A DNA stretch of 64,000 nt from Eledone cirrhosa (lineage: Eukaryota): the NCBI GenBank assembly GCA_964016885.1, contig OZ024743.1, positions 204,600,001 through 204,664,000 on the forward strand, read 5' to 3'. Made by a program: the position numbers and the translations under genes. The notes beneath the pieces are model-generated. The model saw only the letters and a program-made list of their open reading frames with translations, was not told where the DNA came from and ran no database searches. This document shows, in pieces, positions 37,585-54,156 of this stretch; position 1 is the first letter of the stretch; every line of letters starts with the position of its first letter.

Positions 37585-40500
37585 GTATACTCCAGTCCTA
37601 CAAACTGTAGAGTGCTTCTTATCCGATATCTGCATTGCTTTATTGTACTACAATAAAACTCACCTCCTACACACATATATATATATATATAATAAGGGTT
37701 GACGGACCCAGCATATTTATCAATGCCAGTACCGGTTGTATCTCAGCGCACTCAATGGGCAATGCAAGATACATTACCAGAGTATACACATAGTTATTTG
37801 CCTCAACACAACACACGTAAAACGGGTGCCTATAAGGTTCCCGGACTCGAGTTCTGCAGCATTAATGCAGCAGTAAGGTGCACTGCACCATCTGTCTGCA
37901 TATATTATGCAACAATACGCAATCGGCTTATGCGGCTTCATCAGCGGGTATCGCCTAATCAATAAACAATCGATCAACAAAATCCAAACACCGGCCCGTG
38001 CCGGTCATGACTGTTTGTGACAACCGACATGGTAAAGCGATTAACTGGCAACTGATAGGACTCTATCTCTCAACTAGCCACTGATCTACAAATTTTACGT
38101 GGGGACGGGAAGCTAAAAAGAATCAATCTATTAGTTCCTGTCAGAAGCCCTCAGCAAACGTGTCTCACACACAAATTATCAAGGGGTGAAAAGATGGCTA
38201 TTAGAAATAGCAGTTCACATTGATATAAAATAGAATGGTAGCATTCGATTCATGTCTCCAAGCTCCATGGCTAGAGGAAAGCGATGGTAACAATGGTAGT
38301 GCCCAGAACCTTTAACGGACATTAAATGCGATCATCCATTATATACCAATATAGTAGCGAGCTGAAATGTGTCAGCCACGTGCGTAGATAACCAGTCTAA
38401 TTCACAACTTAAAAGACAAAATTAGTAGCAGGAAAAAGAGTGCATATCAAAAGAAAAACACAATAAGAAGTGAAAAATTGTTTAACTTACTCATATATAT
38501 ATATATATAGAGAGAGAGAGATATACAACAACACTACAGCTCTCTCTTTCTCTTCCATTCTCCTTCCCTGTCTCCTCTCCCTCTCGCTATGTCTCTCTTT
38601 CAATTTACTCTCTCACAACTACTATCTCTTTCTCTCTCTCTCTCTGTTTCTGAAGGTACCCGGAAAAATCCCATATCTTAGGAACTTGTCCTCCGATTTA
38701 CGCGAAATTTGATTTATTTCATTTGTATTCCCATTTGAGGGTCAACTTCCTTTCAAAGTATTTCCCATTATGCACCCTTTTTGCTGTATTACATTACAGA
38801 CAAGCAAGCAAACAATCACAGAGTTTTAGTAGTATATAAATAGATAGATGATTTAATGTATTTGCCACTCTGGCTTTCAATGAAGGATTCATTATAAACA
38901 CAAGTTGCAACATGAAGATTGAGATTTACATGGAAACTATAAAAACAGGTTAAACATGTATACAAATTGTATACAACTTCATTATTCAGCATTCAAAATA
39001 GCTGTATTCAACCAGAATTCTCTCACTTCTTACTGTTCAAACTGGCTGTAACTGGGTGTAACCGGTTGCTAATATTTATATTGTTTTCAAAATAAATAAT
39101 ATCAAAATCTCATAGATTCGATATTATGTGAGATAATTAAGTGTCAGTTTTCACACTCGGAGAGAGGGAAAAAAATAAAAATGGTCAAAAATACACTAAA
39201 TGTTTTACATATATAATCATAAATTTCTAAATAAAATAATCCAAAGTACAATATAAAAGCAGTTGTATATAAGATAAAACAATCGCATGTTTTTTATTTA
39301 GCTGATGTACCTGAATGTTAATTTATTTCGAACTTTAAATTCATTACTGATTAAATTTCATGAATGCTTTCTTTCAATTTGAATTTCAATTAATATTTCT
39401 TTACTTCATAATTCAGGTATTTGAGACTTTCATGTAAATTTCACATTTAATGGTTAAATAGTCATTTAATCATGGAACGGTTACTTATATCAAAAGCACT
39501 ACCATATAAATGGCATATGCACATCATAAACACGTGACTTATGAAGTATCATAATAAAATAAAAGGAGGAGTGCGGGACTGCATCATGAATATATGTTTT
39601 TATCCTGTTAGTAAAATAACTTAGATTAATTTGATTAAATAATGGATGAATATTACATAATTTTTGTACTAAATTTCGTAGCTGTTAATTAAACATAAAT
39701 TTTCTTATATATAATGATTGTTTATTCTAAGATTCACTTCTTTTAAAATTTTCAAATGTCTACACTTCTGCTTAGCATCTGTTATGTCATAACACTTATT
39801 AGATCGCTTATGTAAACGTTCATATATTTGCATTGTTATATAAGTTTTATATTTCTGGCACTAATTTTCTCCTTTTTGTTTTCATAAAATTTCACCGTAA
39901 TGCAATTTATATATAATATCGTCTTTATTAAATGTATCATGGATTACTTTACTGATTACAGAAGAGAGTGTAACACAGTCTCTATTCAATTTCTGTTTTA
40001 TTTGAAGTATCATATCTACATGCATGTATATTCGCATATGCATACTACACATGCTAGCAGAAAACCACCTGAAGGGTCGTTTTTCTGCTAGTAAGTATAA
40101 TGGTCAAGTTTTAAGATTAAAATTCCAGCAAGAATACATGAGCTGCTGGTGAAGAAAAAATAACTGCATAAAATGTATTAAATACACATGCCTGCAATCA
40201 AAGGTGCAGTAAAGTAAAGCCACATGTGACTCTGTGTATACCTGCATTCATGTCTGTCTTTTTGTGTTGTTCATGTCACATATGTATTGGAAATTTCTTA
40301 CCAGATGGCTCTAATCTATCTGAGCCATATTTTATTAACTCTGGTTTGTCATACAATTCAGTTATATATCTCTGAATAGTCTTTCTATACACAAAAGATT
40401 TAATTCATGTTAACCCTGTCCATATAAATGATAATACACAAGGATTTTAATTAAACAAACACTATTTGAAAATGTCATCCACTAGAAATGTGGCACTAGT

Positions 40501-40940
40501 CTCAATATATTTAATACCTATTCACTCTTTATACCAAAACAAAACAAGAATGCACTTTACTTATTAATAAAAAAAAACTTACAGATTCTTCTCCAACTGA
40601 CTGGCAGATGCTGAATCTACAAATACTATTCTGCATCATCTCTGCCTCTTCTACTTTTATAACAACAATTGCTGAGCCCTTGAAATTGAAAAACTTGAGC
40701 TATATTTGCAAAGCATCATTGCCCACTCATATCTGTCAACCTCTAAAAATCCAAACGGGGAGTACCATGAAAAAAAATAATGAAAGCTATACCCATTTTC
40801 GCAAGAGAAGAGATCTCTCACCTACCCTAAAGTGGGTGGGAGATGTCCCCATCGGACTGGGAGAGTTGACACACACACACGATTTCAAGAAACTTATTAA
40901 AATATTAATGTTGATCACATTTTTCTTATTTCTATTTCAG

Positions 40941-41088
40941 TTATGATTCAAGGAACACCTTGTTTAATAAACAACGCAAAGAATATTGAACCTATAATAA
41001 TGGTATATAGCAACAAATCAATGCCCTTAATGAAGCAAGTGCAAATGAAAGAGATCTCAAAACCGCAATACTACGAAAAATATTGTCC
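40941..41088 (+). CDS. host gene exon 4, unit 2
   Basis: Splice sites intact; A>P, M>I, L>Q vs unit 1. Confidence 0.65.
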
Positions 41089-42138
41089 GTATGTAGAGAA
41101 AAGTTATTTCTAAATAATTCTTGATTCAGATATGCTGTAGAATTTTACAGTAATTAGGCAGAAACCAGAATATTCTGCATTTGGATATCAACAGGGTTGA
41201 CTCTCATCTCTCTAATTGATATAATATATAACAGTAATATACAATAATATGTACACCCTCCTCTTCAAATGTTTCACATGAAATTCACAGTGATATATAT
41301 ACATCTGGTTGTAGATAGATGTGTGTACCAGTTGTAGCAGTGGGTTCATTATAATCATCATCATTTTACGTCCGCTTTTCCCTGCTTACAAGAGTGGGTC
41401 ATGTCCTCTTCAGCACAGCATCTCTCCATTCGTCACGGTCCTTTGCCATCTTCTCTGTGAGATTCAGCAATCTGAGGTCAGCTCTCACAACCGCCGCCCA
41501 TGTTTTTCATGGTCTTCTTCTGCGTTTTCCTTTCCCCGGGATTTCTTTGCAGTAATCTTCCATGCACATCCCATGGTCATACCAACACAGTCTTCTCTCT
41601 CGCACACTTCAGTTTATCCCTCTTACACACAGTTTCACTCTCAACTCGTCCATGCTTGGTTGTACATGCACATTGATATTGCACATCCATTGGAGCATGC
41701 TTGCTACATTTCTTGCCAGCCTTCGCTGGATTGCCTGGTGTAAATATAATATTCTAATTTAAACATTAAATATTCAATACTTTTTTCATCAAGTTGTATT
41801 AAATTATTTGAGGGAATCATTCTTTAGATGTCATTACCTGTTTCGAAAATTCTTTATAAATTAAGAATTGTTTTGTCAGTTTTGTTGAATGCAGCACAGA
41901 GAATGCTCAAAGGAACAGTGTGCTCTTGGTAAATAAACATACAATCTTACAATCATGGTACAAATGCCCTAATCCCTAAGTTATGCATGCATCTTCACAT
42001 AACAAGCATATACACTCATATGCACACATTTTTTTAAACATAGACTAGCTAAATATACCATTCTTTAGGTTTCACTTTCTCATTTAAATATCTACATAAG
42101 TTAAGAAAATCTTCAATATGTTACTTTTATTTTTACAG

Positions 42139-42322
42139 AATATTGAAATCAACAATGGATGAAATCGTTGTTAAGCTTAATTGCAAAAAGGAGTTTACTA
42201 AAGTACTCAAAGAATATTTCCATGATCTCATGTCTCAGAAGTGTAAAGATATCACTTCAGATGGTATAAATGTTTACTTCATTGCGTTATCCATACTAAG
42301 TATTCTTTTTACTATTGCTTAA
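42139..42322 (+). CDS. host gene exon 5, unit 2
   Basis: Appears identical to 19424-19607. Confidence 0.65.
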
Positions 42323-43426
42323 AAAACATTAATTTATATATATATTTCAATATTTTATATTATATAAGCTGATATCAATATAATCCCTATAATCGTTATC
42401 AATATAATCAATTGTTCTCTTCCCCAATTTAAGGCTCTGTACCAATGTTAGTAATCAATATAATATGCTTACATTTTAAGTTTTATATTTTTATTTTCAT
42501 TACATTCTTTTTTTATTCATTTTAAAATCCGCTTGTAATGGCATCCTATTTTTAGTAAATAAAATAAACCCATTATGATTAATTTTTGTTTTTGTTATTA
42601 ATATTATCACATTCTGTTTCTTGCTGAATCCCCTTGAGAACTGCCTTAAAGGTACACAAGTTTGCGTAATGCTCAGTCACGTTAATGTTCTATAATAATG
42701 GCTACTGAAATACTGATCCCAAATTTGTGAACAGAAAATATGTTGGGACCCTTCTGGCTGATTCCCACTATGGTTTCCTTTTCGTAAAATTACTGGTATG
42801 TTTTTCACACTTGATGTATATTCTGAAGACAAGGATCTGGTCGTACTAGCTTTTAATAACACGTAATTGAAATATTGATCGATTGAAATATTGATAGATT
42901 GGATTTTGACCTTCCCCTTCGAAACAATTGTAAATTAATAAACACTTCTTCATGAATTTTGGTGGAATTTCTCTAATTATAATGTCGATATTTACGCTTT
43001 GCCTTTATATTTAATGTTTGGCTTATAGTTTATTTTGCCTTCTCTGAACACTTATCTTGCATGCTTTACACATGGAGTACATTGCCCTCCTTGCTCCTGT
43101 AATTTCCTTTTCACAAACTAATCTCTACACTCTCTTCTTGGATTGGATTGTACACGTACCTATGATATATACATATATATAAAAAAAAGAGAGTATAAAG
43201 CGGAGGTGTGCAACATATTCCATTAGCAGGCCACTTTTGATCATTGGAACAACTATTAGGACCAGTCTCTGTCAGAAATATGTAATCTAATGAAAACCAG
43301 TGAATTGAGTCATAAATACATTGTGAATACATTTTTAAACATTTTTAAACAAATAAAATATAATTTAGTTTTATCAACGTAAGACTTGGTATTTGGTGTT
43401 TTTCCACAATTTATCAATGTCTGGTT

Positions 43427-44028
43427 TGACTGATGTGATGTGGTGGCAACTCGAAGCTGACTGGTCAGATATTCAATAGTGAGCTGACTTCGGTATCTAT
43501 TCCTAGTAAATTTCATTCTTGAAAAGAACTGCTCACAACAATATGTGCTGCCAAAAAAAAATTGTCATTTTCCTAGCATGTTGCTCCAAATTCCGATGAT
43601 TACCACATACATAATTTTTGTAGAAAGTTACCAAATCATTGTTATCAAATGCTCTTCTCAAGTGTATATCAGACTGCAAATATATCAGCTCCATTTGGAA
43701 ACAATTAGGACTGTCTCTTCAGGTGCCATGTCAAATGGCTGACAAAACAGTTTGAACTCAGTTTCACATTTCCTGAAATCAGCAAATCTGCTTATAAATT
43801 TAGCATGCAACTTGCCAACACATTCAGCATATTTGGAACAATCCAAATCTGGCATTTCTGCTTTTCTGACAGCTAGACTGGGAAAATGAATAAGTGCTGT
43901 TCTCCTCAGCTGAGTCTGAAAAAGTTGCAGTTCCTTTTCAAACGAACAAATGTGTTCAAACATCTTGTTTTCCAGATGACTTTTCCTGAGAAGGGGGAGG
44001 ACAGTCGAAGTCAGAGAGCTTGGGATAT
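43427..44028 (-). pseudogene. hAT transposase C-terminal fragment, unit 2
   Basis: Same 130-aa ORF as 20970-21362. Confidence 0.85.
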
Positions 44029-44312
44029 CACACACATACACATACACATACACATACACATATATATATATAAACATACATATGGCTGAATTCCATACTG
44101 TTCTGTTTACATAATTATACTCACAAGTTATTGGTCAACCAAAAGATACAGTAGAAGACACTTGTAGAAAAATGCACACAATGTAATTAGACCCAGAACC
44201 ATTTACACACACAAATATATGCACATGGACAAATACACGCATACACAAACACTCATATACATGTATATGAAAATTAATACATACTTAATCATTTATCCAT
44301 CTTTTATTTCAG

Positions 44313-44448
44313 TTACTATTTCCTGGTGGTTTCCAGTGACCAATGGTTGTGGAATGAAAGCATTAGAGGAATTTCAAAGTTGTACAGCTGGTTTAATTAA
44401 GCCAAAGAAGGCAGACTCGACAAAAGAGGAATTCGATATTTTTTGCAA
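44313..44448 (+). CDS. host gene exon 2, unit 3
   Basis: Same as unit 2 exon 2. Confidence 0.65.
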
Positions 44449-46211
44449 GTAATTTGAATAATCACTGAATCACTTGTCATTACGTTATAAATTTTAAAGT
44501 CTTATATTTATGTTAAAACTCAATACATGATGCTTTAACCCTCTAATACAATCTGATATCCTCTCTCTACTTCCCTTACAATTCGATAAAACTACATACA
44601 TGCAACTTTCTCTTATACGCTTAAACTTACAAACTTCCTTTAGGAACGCCGAAGAAAGAAGAGAGAAAGAAACGAAGGAGAGAGAAAAAGAACGTTTGTT
44701 TTTGAGTGTGGAATGGTCAAAAATTTATTTACTTCCATGACAACAATTATTCAAAAGCAACAGATAAATTTATTCAATAACAAAAAAAATAGCGATAAAT
44801 CTGTTTTAAAACGTCTCTCAACGAACGTGGAAGAAAGAAGTATCAGTTTATTTACTATACACAATAATATCCTCTATGAGGTCACTAAACCTGCTAGAAA
44901 CAGCAGCTAACTCTCCCCCATATCACACCCCTTCCTACTGTCTTAAATTTAGAAAACACATATACTCTATGAGGTCACTAAACCTGCTAGAAAAAACAGC
45001 TAACTCTCCCCCACACCACACCCCTCCCTATTGTCTTAAATTTAGAAAACACACATTAGACAACCACGCAGAACAACTCCATCACAGCTCTGTTGTTCAG
45101 CTGGCATCGTCTACGCGCGTGTTACGCAAGTACTGTGAAACAATAAATTTCAACACTTCTTTGCGCAGAGAAAATATCCATAGGCGAAACTACAATTGTC
45201 ACTGCTGGAGCAGCTCCTGCTTCGGCAGTCCAGGTCTGCAATTCATTCACCCAGTGCCTGGCAGACAAAAAAGTGCTGCCATAAAATGAGTGGTGCAACC
45301 TAACTTTGGTAACTTACTGACCCCGAGCAACGCCGGGCTTTAATGCTAGTTATATATATAGCTTATCTCCACTTATTATTAATGAAAGCTGTTCAATGTG
45401 CTTGAGTAGCAGAGGTGTGACATGGCAACAAAGCTAAAATCTGTTTGTTGGTGGACCATGGAAGTTGCATTTTAATCAATCCCTAACAGATGATGCTTGC
45501 ATGCTTTGATGGATATGTGATAGTAATATACACGAACGGCAAAACGTAAATGAACTGAGAGAGAAATTAGGCTTAAGAGGGATCAGATGCAGTAAGCTAG
45601 AGAATAGATTGTGTTGGTATGGTGATGTGATGCATATGAAGGGTGACATCTGTAAAAGAATGTGCAGGGCAATCAAAGTTGATAGAAGCTATGAAGTAGG
45701 AAGACCTGGTATGAGGTGATAAAAGCTGACATCAAAGACAATGATACAGGATCAAAATGTTGGCATTATGCAGTAATACATACAATCATAACCACTATAC
45801 CTCCTTCCATACATCTCCCATGCCCCAACAAAGCATCCAGCACATACTGTAAATCTGGTTGGCGTTAGGAAGGACATCCAGCCATAGAAATCTAGCCAGA
45901 AACAGTTCTATATGAGTAAGACATAGTCACCTGATCTGACTTGCCTCTAATGGAAAAACTCATCTAACTCATGCTAGCGTGGAAAATGGACGTTAAATGG
46001 TGATGATGATGATGTATATATATAATATATACATTTATTATATAGCAAAACAACAACAGGAAGAGCCACTCCTAAATTTCCACACAGTAGCGGATTTATT
46101 CAATGACAAAATTTTAGCCCTAAGCAACAGCGGCTTCTCTGAGAGAATCACTTACTCTCCAGATCACCGCCTTATATCTAGCAAGAAAAAACCAAGACAT
46201 AAACCCATCAT

Positions 46212-46242
<31 letters not shown>

Positions 46243-46886
46243 AGTGTAATTTTCTACACAAAGCGAAGGTTATAGAGAAAATTGAGGTTGGTAATGGCAC
46301 ATGGAATATATAAGAGACAGAATACTTTTTTGTGAAAAAACATAATTTTATAAGGTAAGGAAATAATAAAGGGTATAAAAAATGACCGGTTTCGATGGGT
46401 CTGCAAAAGCCATCTTTTCAAATGTTGATTAATATTAAGAAAAATTAATAATACGAAGAGTTAAAATTTGAGACTTGAAAATTCAAGTATAAAATTCATT
46501 GTGGGATTTCATAGCAGTTTTCATCTTGGTAGCAACAACAGGTTGACTGCTGTGTCCCTTTCTGGTAGTGAATGAGAAGTTATTTGGGGTGTGGGTTATT
46601 TTATAAAGGTCAGATTTAGCAATCACCAACTGGCCAGCTGCTGGTCAGTGAGGGGGTGGAAGCAATATACATACACATATCTTCCTGTGATGGGTAGGAG
46701 AGTGGAGCGTGATAGAAAGGGATTTAGTGCACTTACACCTATATATACACACATACCTTCATCCACACATACATACATATACATATACATATATATATAT
46801 ATATATATACATATACACACATACATACACACACACATACATATACATACACACATACACACACACACACATATATATATACACAT

Positions 46887-46945
<59 letters not shown>

Positions 46946-46984
46946 TATATATACATACACATACATCCAGATACACACATACAT

Positions 46985-47060
<76 letters not shown>

Positions 47061-47590
47061 CCCCACACATACATACACACACACACACATATATACATAC
47101 ACACATACAAACATACACACACACACACACATATATATACACACACATACACACACATATATATACACACACACACACACACGCACACACAATACATACA
47201 TCCACATGCACACACATACACACACACACATATACACATACATACACCCACACACAGAGAAATGGCCTTCAAATATATATATATATATATACATACAGAC
47301 ACATATATTTTTTCCATAATATAAGAAGTTGGGGCAGTGAAATTAAAATACAAGTCATTCTGATCACATTGAGTTCTTCATGTAGATTGGGCCCCGCAAC
47401 CGACAGTGGTGAATTCTGTGTGCGCATATATATATAGATATATGTGTGTGCACGTGCAGGGTTTAACATGGATGTGTTGGTCACACAAAGGCATGGTCTG
47501 TCAATGAATAAACCTGATTCTACAGAATTGGTCTCTGGTCTTTAATAGTAGTGATTCCGTGCGTATGTGTGTTTATATTTTATGACAATT

Positions 47591-49649
47591 CTATTGGGGT
47601 GATAACCCGTTTAGTTTTGGTTTAAATTTGTTAAGGAATAGATTTTCTTTGTTTATTCTTTGTTGCTGTGTGAACGAATCTGAGCACTTGTAGAAGGGGA
47701 AGATTTTAAAGTTGGGTAGTATCATTCCTGCGCAGTTCGCAATATGGCTGCTCAAGGGGATTTTTCTTGTGTTAGCGTCCCGGATTTGTTGGCGGTGGAT
47801 GGTCATTCTTTTGCGTAATGAGGTGCCCGTCTGTCCTATGTAGTTGTGTTTGCACCCACCGCAAGTTATTGCGTAAATCAAGTTCTCCGAGTTGCAGGTG
47901 AAATTGTTTTTTACTGTAAATGTTTGGCCATCTTTGAATGTAAATGTTTGTCCTTCAGTGAGGTAGAGGCACGTTCCACAGTTTGTTCTACCACATTTGG
48001 TAACTGTAGGGTTGAGGATTGGTTTGGGTATATTTGGTCCAGTGAGAATGCGTTTAAGTGATTTGGGTTGTCTTTTACTTTTAAGGATCTTGTGTGTTTC
48101 AAGAATAGACTTCATTTTTACATCTTTAAGTAGGATGGGGAGGTTTTTGTGTAGGTGATCAAACATTTCGGTATTTCTGGGGTTGAAAGTGGATACATAT
48201 GGCAGGGTGTTGAGTGTGGTTTTCTGTTTTGGATTGTTAAGTTGATGGGGATTTAGGTGTTTTGCCCTGTCTATTCCATTGTTGATTATTTCAAGTGGAA
48301 AGGCTCTTAAGATAAGGGTGTCTTTTAGTTCCTTTAGTCTTTGCTCCCGTTTAGGTGGATCTGATACTATGGTACATATACGTTTGGCCAAATTGTAAGG
48401 AATGTTAAGTTTTGTATGTTTTGGGTGACTTGATGTGAAAAAGAGGTATTGCTTGGAATCTGTGGGTTTATAGAATATATCTGTATCTAATTTCCCGTCT
48501 ATTACAGAGATGAGAATATCCAAGAAGGCTAATTCCTTAGGATTGGATTCCATTGTGAATTGTATGTTATTATCTATGTTGTTTATCATGTTTTTAAACG
48601 TAGTAAGTGAGTTCATGTCTTCTTGCCATAGGATAAAGCAGTCGTCTAGATATCTTTTCCAATTGGCTTTGAGGTGTGTGTGGAAAGAGTCTCCAAATAA
48701 GAGAAGGGACTGACTGTATATTTGTTGTTCATGGAATCCCATGACTAGGTTGGCATATGTGGGTGCTACTTTCGTGCCCATTGCCGTACCTGATACTTGT
48801 CTGTATGTTGAACCATTGAATGTGAAGTAGTTATTTTGTAGGATAAAGCGGAGTCCGTCAGTGATAAAATCTGTGTTGATGCGTGTCGGTATTTCTGATG
48901 GGTGTGTGTTAAGCCAGTATTGGACTGCTGTTATTCCATAGTTGTGAGGTATGTTTGTGTAGAGGTTTATTACGTCAAAGGAGACAAGAATTGTATTTGC
49001 ACTTACTGTTTTAGGGAGGTGTTTCAGCATGTCAAGGTCATCTCGTATGTAGCTCTGTATATGTTGTAGAAAGGGTTTCAGTAGGATGTCCAGAAAGTTG
49101 CTAAGTCTGTGGGTTTCACATGTAGGGCCTGCTATAATTGGCCTGAGTTTTAGGTCTTCTGGTGGTGTTAGTTCAATGTAATTGTTGGTTGAGGTGTCAC
49201 ATGCATCGTTTATGGGTTTACATTTGTGAAGTTTCGGTAACCCGTAAAAAGAGCTTGTATTGCATTTGAAGTGGCTTATATAGTTAAACTCTTTTGTGGT
49301 TAAGCTGTTGCGGTATTTATTCAGTAAGGTCAAAAGGTTCCCCATTGTTTTGGTGTGTTTGTAGTTTTCTGTTTTTTCATAGTATGTGTTGTTTTCTAAA
49401 ATGTTAAGTGCGAGGGTCCTATAGTAGTCCGTATTCATAATGACAACAGTACTGCCTTTATCGGCTTCTTTGATAGTTATCTCAGGGTTGTTTCTAAGTG
49501 TGAATAATTCTTCCCATTCGTGTGTAGATAGGTTTGATTTCGTGTGTTTATTTGTAATTTTTTCATAGGGAAAGTTGGTGATGTGTTCGCAGTACGTGTC
49601 CAGTGCTTTATTTCTTCCCTTTTGTGGGCAGAAATTGCTTTTATAAAAG
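47591..49649 (-). CDS. PLE-A RT + GIY-YIG endonuclease, left arm, unit 3
   Basis: Translation identical to 25004-27062. Confidence 0.93.
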
Positions 49650-49655
49650 CAATTT

Positions 49656-51714
49656 CTTTTATAAAAGCAATTTCTGCCCACAAAAGGGAAGAAATAAAGC
49701 ACTGGACACGTACTGCGAACACATCACCAACTTTCCCTATGAAAAAATTACAAATAAACACACGAAATCAAACCTATCTACACACGAATGGGAAGAATTA
49801 TTCACACTTAGAAACAACCCTGAGATAACTATCAAAGAAGCCGATAAAGGCAGTACTGTTGTCATTATGAATACGGACTACTATAGGACCCTCGCACTTA
49901 ACATTTTAGAAAACAACACATACTATGAAAAAACAGAAAACTACAAACACACCAAAACAATGGGGAACCTTTTGACCTTACTGAATAAATACCGCAACAG
50001 CTTAACCACAAAAGAGTTTAACTATATAAGCCACTTCAAATGCAATACAAGCTCTTTTTACGGGTTACCGAAACTTCACAAATGTAAACCCATAAACGAT
50101 GCATGTGACACCTCAACCAACAATTACATTGAACTAACACCACCAGAAGACCTAAAACTCAGGCCAATTATAGCAGGCCCTACATGTGAAACCCACAGAC
50201 TTAGCAACTTTCTGGACATCCTACTGAAACCCTTTCTACAACATATACAGAGCTACATACGAGATGACCTTGACATGCTGAAACACCTCCCTAAAACAGT
50301 AAGTGCAAATACAATTCTTGTCTCCTTTGACGTAATAAACCTCTACACAAACATACCTCACAACTATGGAATAACAGCAGTCCAATACTGGCTTAACACA
50401 CACCCATCAGAAATACCGACACGCATCAACACAGATTTTATCACTGACGGACTCCGCTTTATCCTACAAAATAACTACTTCACATTCAATGGTTCAACAT
50501 ACAGACAAGTATCAGGTACGGCAATGGGCACGAAAGTAGCACCCACATATGCCAACCTAGTCATGGGATTCCATGAACAACAAATATACAGTCAGTCCCT
50601 TCTCTTATTTGGAGACTCTTTCCACACACACCTCAAAGCCAATTGGAAAAGATATCTAGACGACTGCTTTATCCTATGGCAAGAAGACATGAACTCACTT
50701 ACTACGTTTAAAAACATGATAAACAACATAGATAATAACATACAATTCACAATGGAATCCAATCCTAAGGAATTAGCCTTCTTGGATATTCTCATCTCTG
50801 TAATAGACGGGAAATTAGATACAGATATATTCTATAAACCCACAGATTCCAAGCAATACCTCTTTTTCACATCAAGTCACCCAAAACATACAAAACTTAA
50901 CATTCCTTACAATTTGGCCAAACGTATATGTACCATAGTATCAGATCCACCTAAACGGGAGCAAAGACTAAAGGAACTAAAAGACACCCTTATCTTAAGA
51001 GCCTTTCCACTTGAAATAATCAACAATGGAATAGACAGGGCAAAACACCTAAATCCCCATCAACTTAACAATCCAAAACAGAAAACCACACTCAACACCC
51101 TGCCATATGTATCCACTTTCAACCCCAGAAATACCGAAATGTTTGATCACCTACACAAAAACCTCCCCATCCTACTTAAAGATGTAAAAATGAAGTCTAT
51201 TCTTGAAACACACAAGATCCTTAAAAGTAAAAGACAACCCAAATCACTTAAACGCATTCTCACTGGACCAAATATACCCAAACCAATCCTCAACCCTACA
51301 GTTACCAAATGTGGTAGAACAAACCGTGGAACGTGCCTCTACCTCACTGAAGGACAAACATTTACATTCAAAGATGGCCAAACATTTACAGTAAAAAACA
51401 ATTTCACCTGCAACTCGGAGAACTTGATTTACGCAATAACTTGCGGTGGGTGCAAACACAACTACATAGGACAGACGGGCACCTCATTACGCAAAAGAAT
51501 GACCATCCACCGCCAACAAATCCGGGACGCTAACACAAGAAAAATCCCCTTGAGCAGCCATATTGCGAACTGCGCAGGAATGATACTACCCAACTTTAAA
51601 ATCTTCCCCTTCTACAAGTGCTCAGATTCGTTCACACAGCAACAAAGAATAAACAAAGAAAATCTATTCTTTAACAAATTTAAACCAAAACTAAACGGGT
51701 TATCACCCCAATAG
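49656..51714 (+). CDS. PLE-A RT + GIY-YIG endonuclease, right arm, unit 3
   Basis: Translation identical to 27069-29127. Confidence 0.93.
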
Positions 51715-52248
51715 AATTGTCATAAAATATAAACACACATACGCACGGAATCACTACTATTAAAGACCAGAGACCAATTCTGTAGAATCAGGTTTATTCA
51801 TTGACAGACCATGCCTTTGTGTGACCAACACATCCATGTTAAACCCTGCACGTGCACACACATATATCTATATATATATGCGCACACAGAATTCACCACT
51901 GTCGGTTGCGGGGCCCAATCTACATGAAGAACTCAATGTGATCAGAATGACTTGTATTTTAATTTCACTGCCCCAACTTCTTATATTATGGAAAAAATAT
52001 ATGTGTCTGTATGTATATATATATATATATATTTGAAGGCCATTTCTCTGTGTGTGGGTGTATGTATGTGTATATGTGTGTGTGTGTGTATGTGTGTGCA
52101 TGTGGATGTATGTATTGTGTGTGCGTGTGTGTGTGTGTGTGTGTATATATGTGTGTGTATGTGTGTGTATATATATGTGTGTGTGTGTGTGTATGTTTTT
52201 ATGTGTGTATGTATATATATATGTGTGTGTGTGTGTATGTATGTGTGG

Positions 52249-52336
<88 letters not shown>

Positions 52337-52375
52337 ATGTATGTGTGTATCTGGATGTATGTGTATGTATATATA

Positions 52376-52432
<57 letters not shown>

Positions 52433-53037
52433 ATGTGTATATATATATGTGTGTGTGTGTATGTGTGTATGTATATGTATGTGTGTGTGTATGTATGTGT
52501 GTATATGTATATATATATATATATATATATGTATATGTATATGTATGTATGTGTGGATGAAGGTATGTGTGTATATATAGGTGTAAGTGCACTAAATCCC
52601 TTTCTATCACGCTCCACTCTCCTACCCATCACAGGAAGATATGTGTATGTATATTGCTTCCACCCCCTCACTGACCAGCAGCTGGCCAGTTGGTGATTGC
52701 TAAATCTGACCTTTATAAAATAACCCACACCCCAAATAACTTCTCATTCACTACCAGAAAGGGACACAGCAGTCAACCTGTTGTTGCTACCAAGATGAAA
52801 ACTGCTATGAAATCCCACAATGAATTTTATACTTGAATTTTCAAGTCTCAAATTTTAACTCTTCGTATTATTAATTTTTCTTAATATTAATCAACATTTG
52901 AAAAGATGGCTTTTGCAGACCCATCGAAACCGGTCATTTTTTATACCCTTTATTATTTCCTTACCTTATAAAATTATGTTTTTTCACAAAAAAGTATTCT
53001 GTCTCTTATATATTCCATGTGCCATTACCAACCTCAA

Positions 53038-53153
<116 letters not shown>

Positions 53154-54156
53154 AAATAGTAGAAAGGAAAAACATTTTTTCAGTTGAAAATGTTGAAGAG
53201 ATTTTTTCAGTGAAATATCAAAACATTAACTTATTTACAATATCGGTTTCAGCATCATATGCATTGTCAAATGCGGATATGCAGAATATTGTTAAGTTGC
53301 ATATTTGTACAAATAGTGATAAAAATAATAATAAAAAATAAAAGGGGAAGGAAAATTTATTTTCACATACATGTTCATTCAGAGAAGAGAGTTCATTTCC
53401 CTGTCCATCCATCTCTGTTAGTAGCTTGGTTGTGACAGTATATGAACATGTATATGAAAATTTATTTTTCTTCCCCTTTTTATTTTTACTATTATTTTCA
53501 TCACTATTTGTACAAATATGCAACTTAACAATATTCTGCATACCCGCATTTAACGATGCATATGATGCTGAAACCGATATATATATATATATATTATACA
53601 TGATGTCTTTATGTCTAGGTTTTTTCTTGCTAGATATAAGGCGGTGATCTGGAGAGTAAGTGATTCTCTCAGAGAAGCCGCTGTTGCTTAGGGCTGCCCT
53701 ATTAAAAATGTCTTTGCTAGAAGAGAGGTTGGATATCCTCTTGCTGATGTAGTGGGGACAGGGTGACTAGAGTCCTTATGAATGAACTTAAGATTTTCAC
53801 TGGGTTTACCGAATAGTCTGTTTGTGCATGGACTTAGATCTAAATTAATGTCTAGGAAGTTAAAGTTTGGTAGAAGACACGTTTAGTAGATTAAATTGAC
53901 TTCAATGTGTTGCTAATACTTAAATTAATGACATCTAAATGATGTTTCGAAATACGTTGTCTGCAGTGGGGAATACTTGAAGCTTTATATTTTCTACCTG
54001 TACTTTTTCTCACGGCAAATATTACAAATTGTATAATTTGGTTGATCATTTGTCTCTCTGGTGTTTTTCTTAATGCTAACACAGATCATGCATACATGAA
54101 ACTAGAAATCAAATCAAGTCACATGCATTTCAGTCTAACTTTAAATCTGTTTCTAG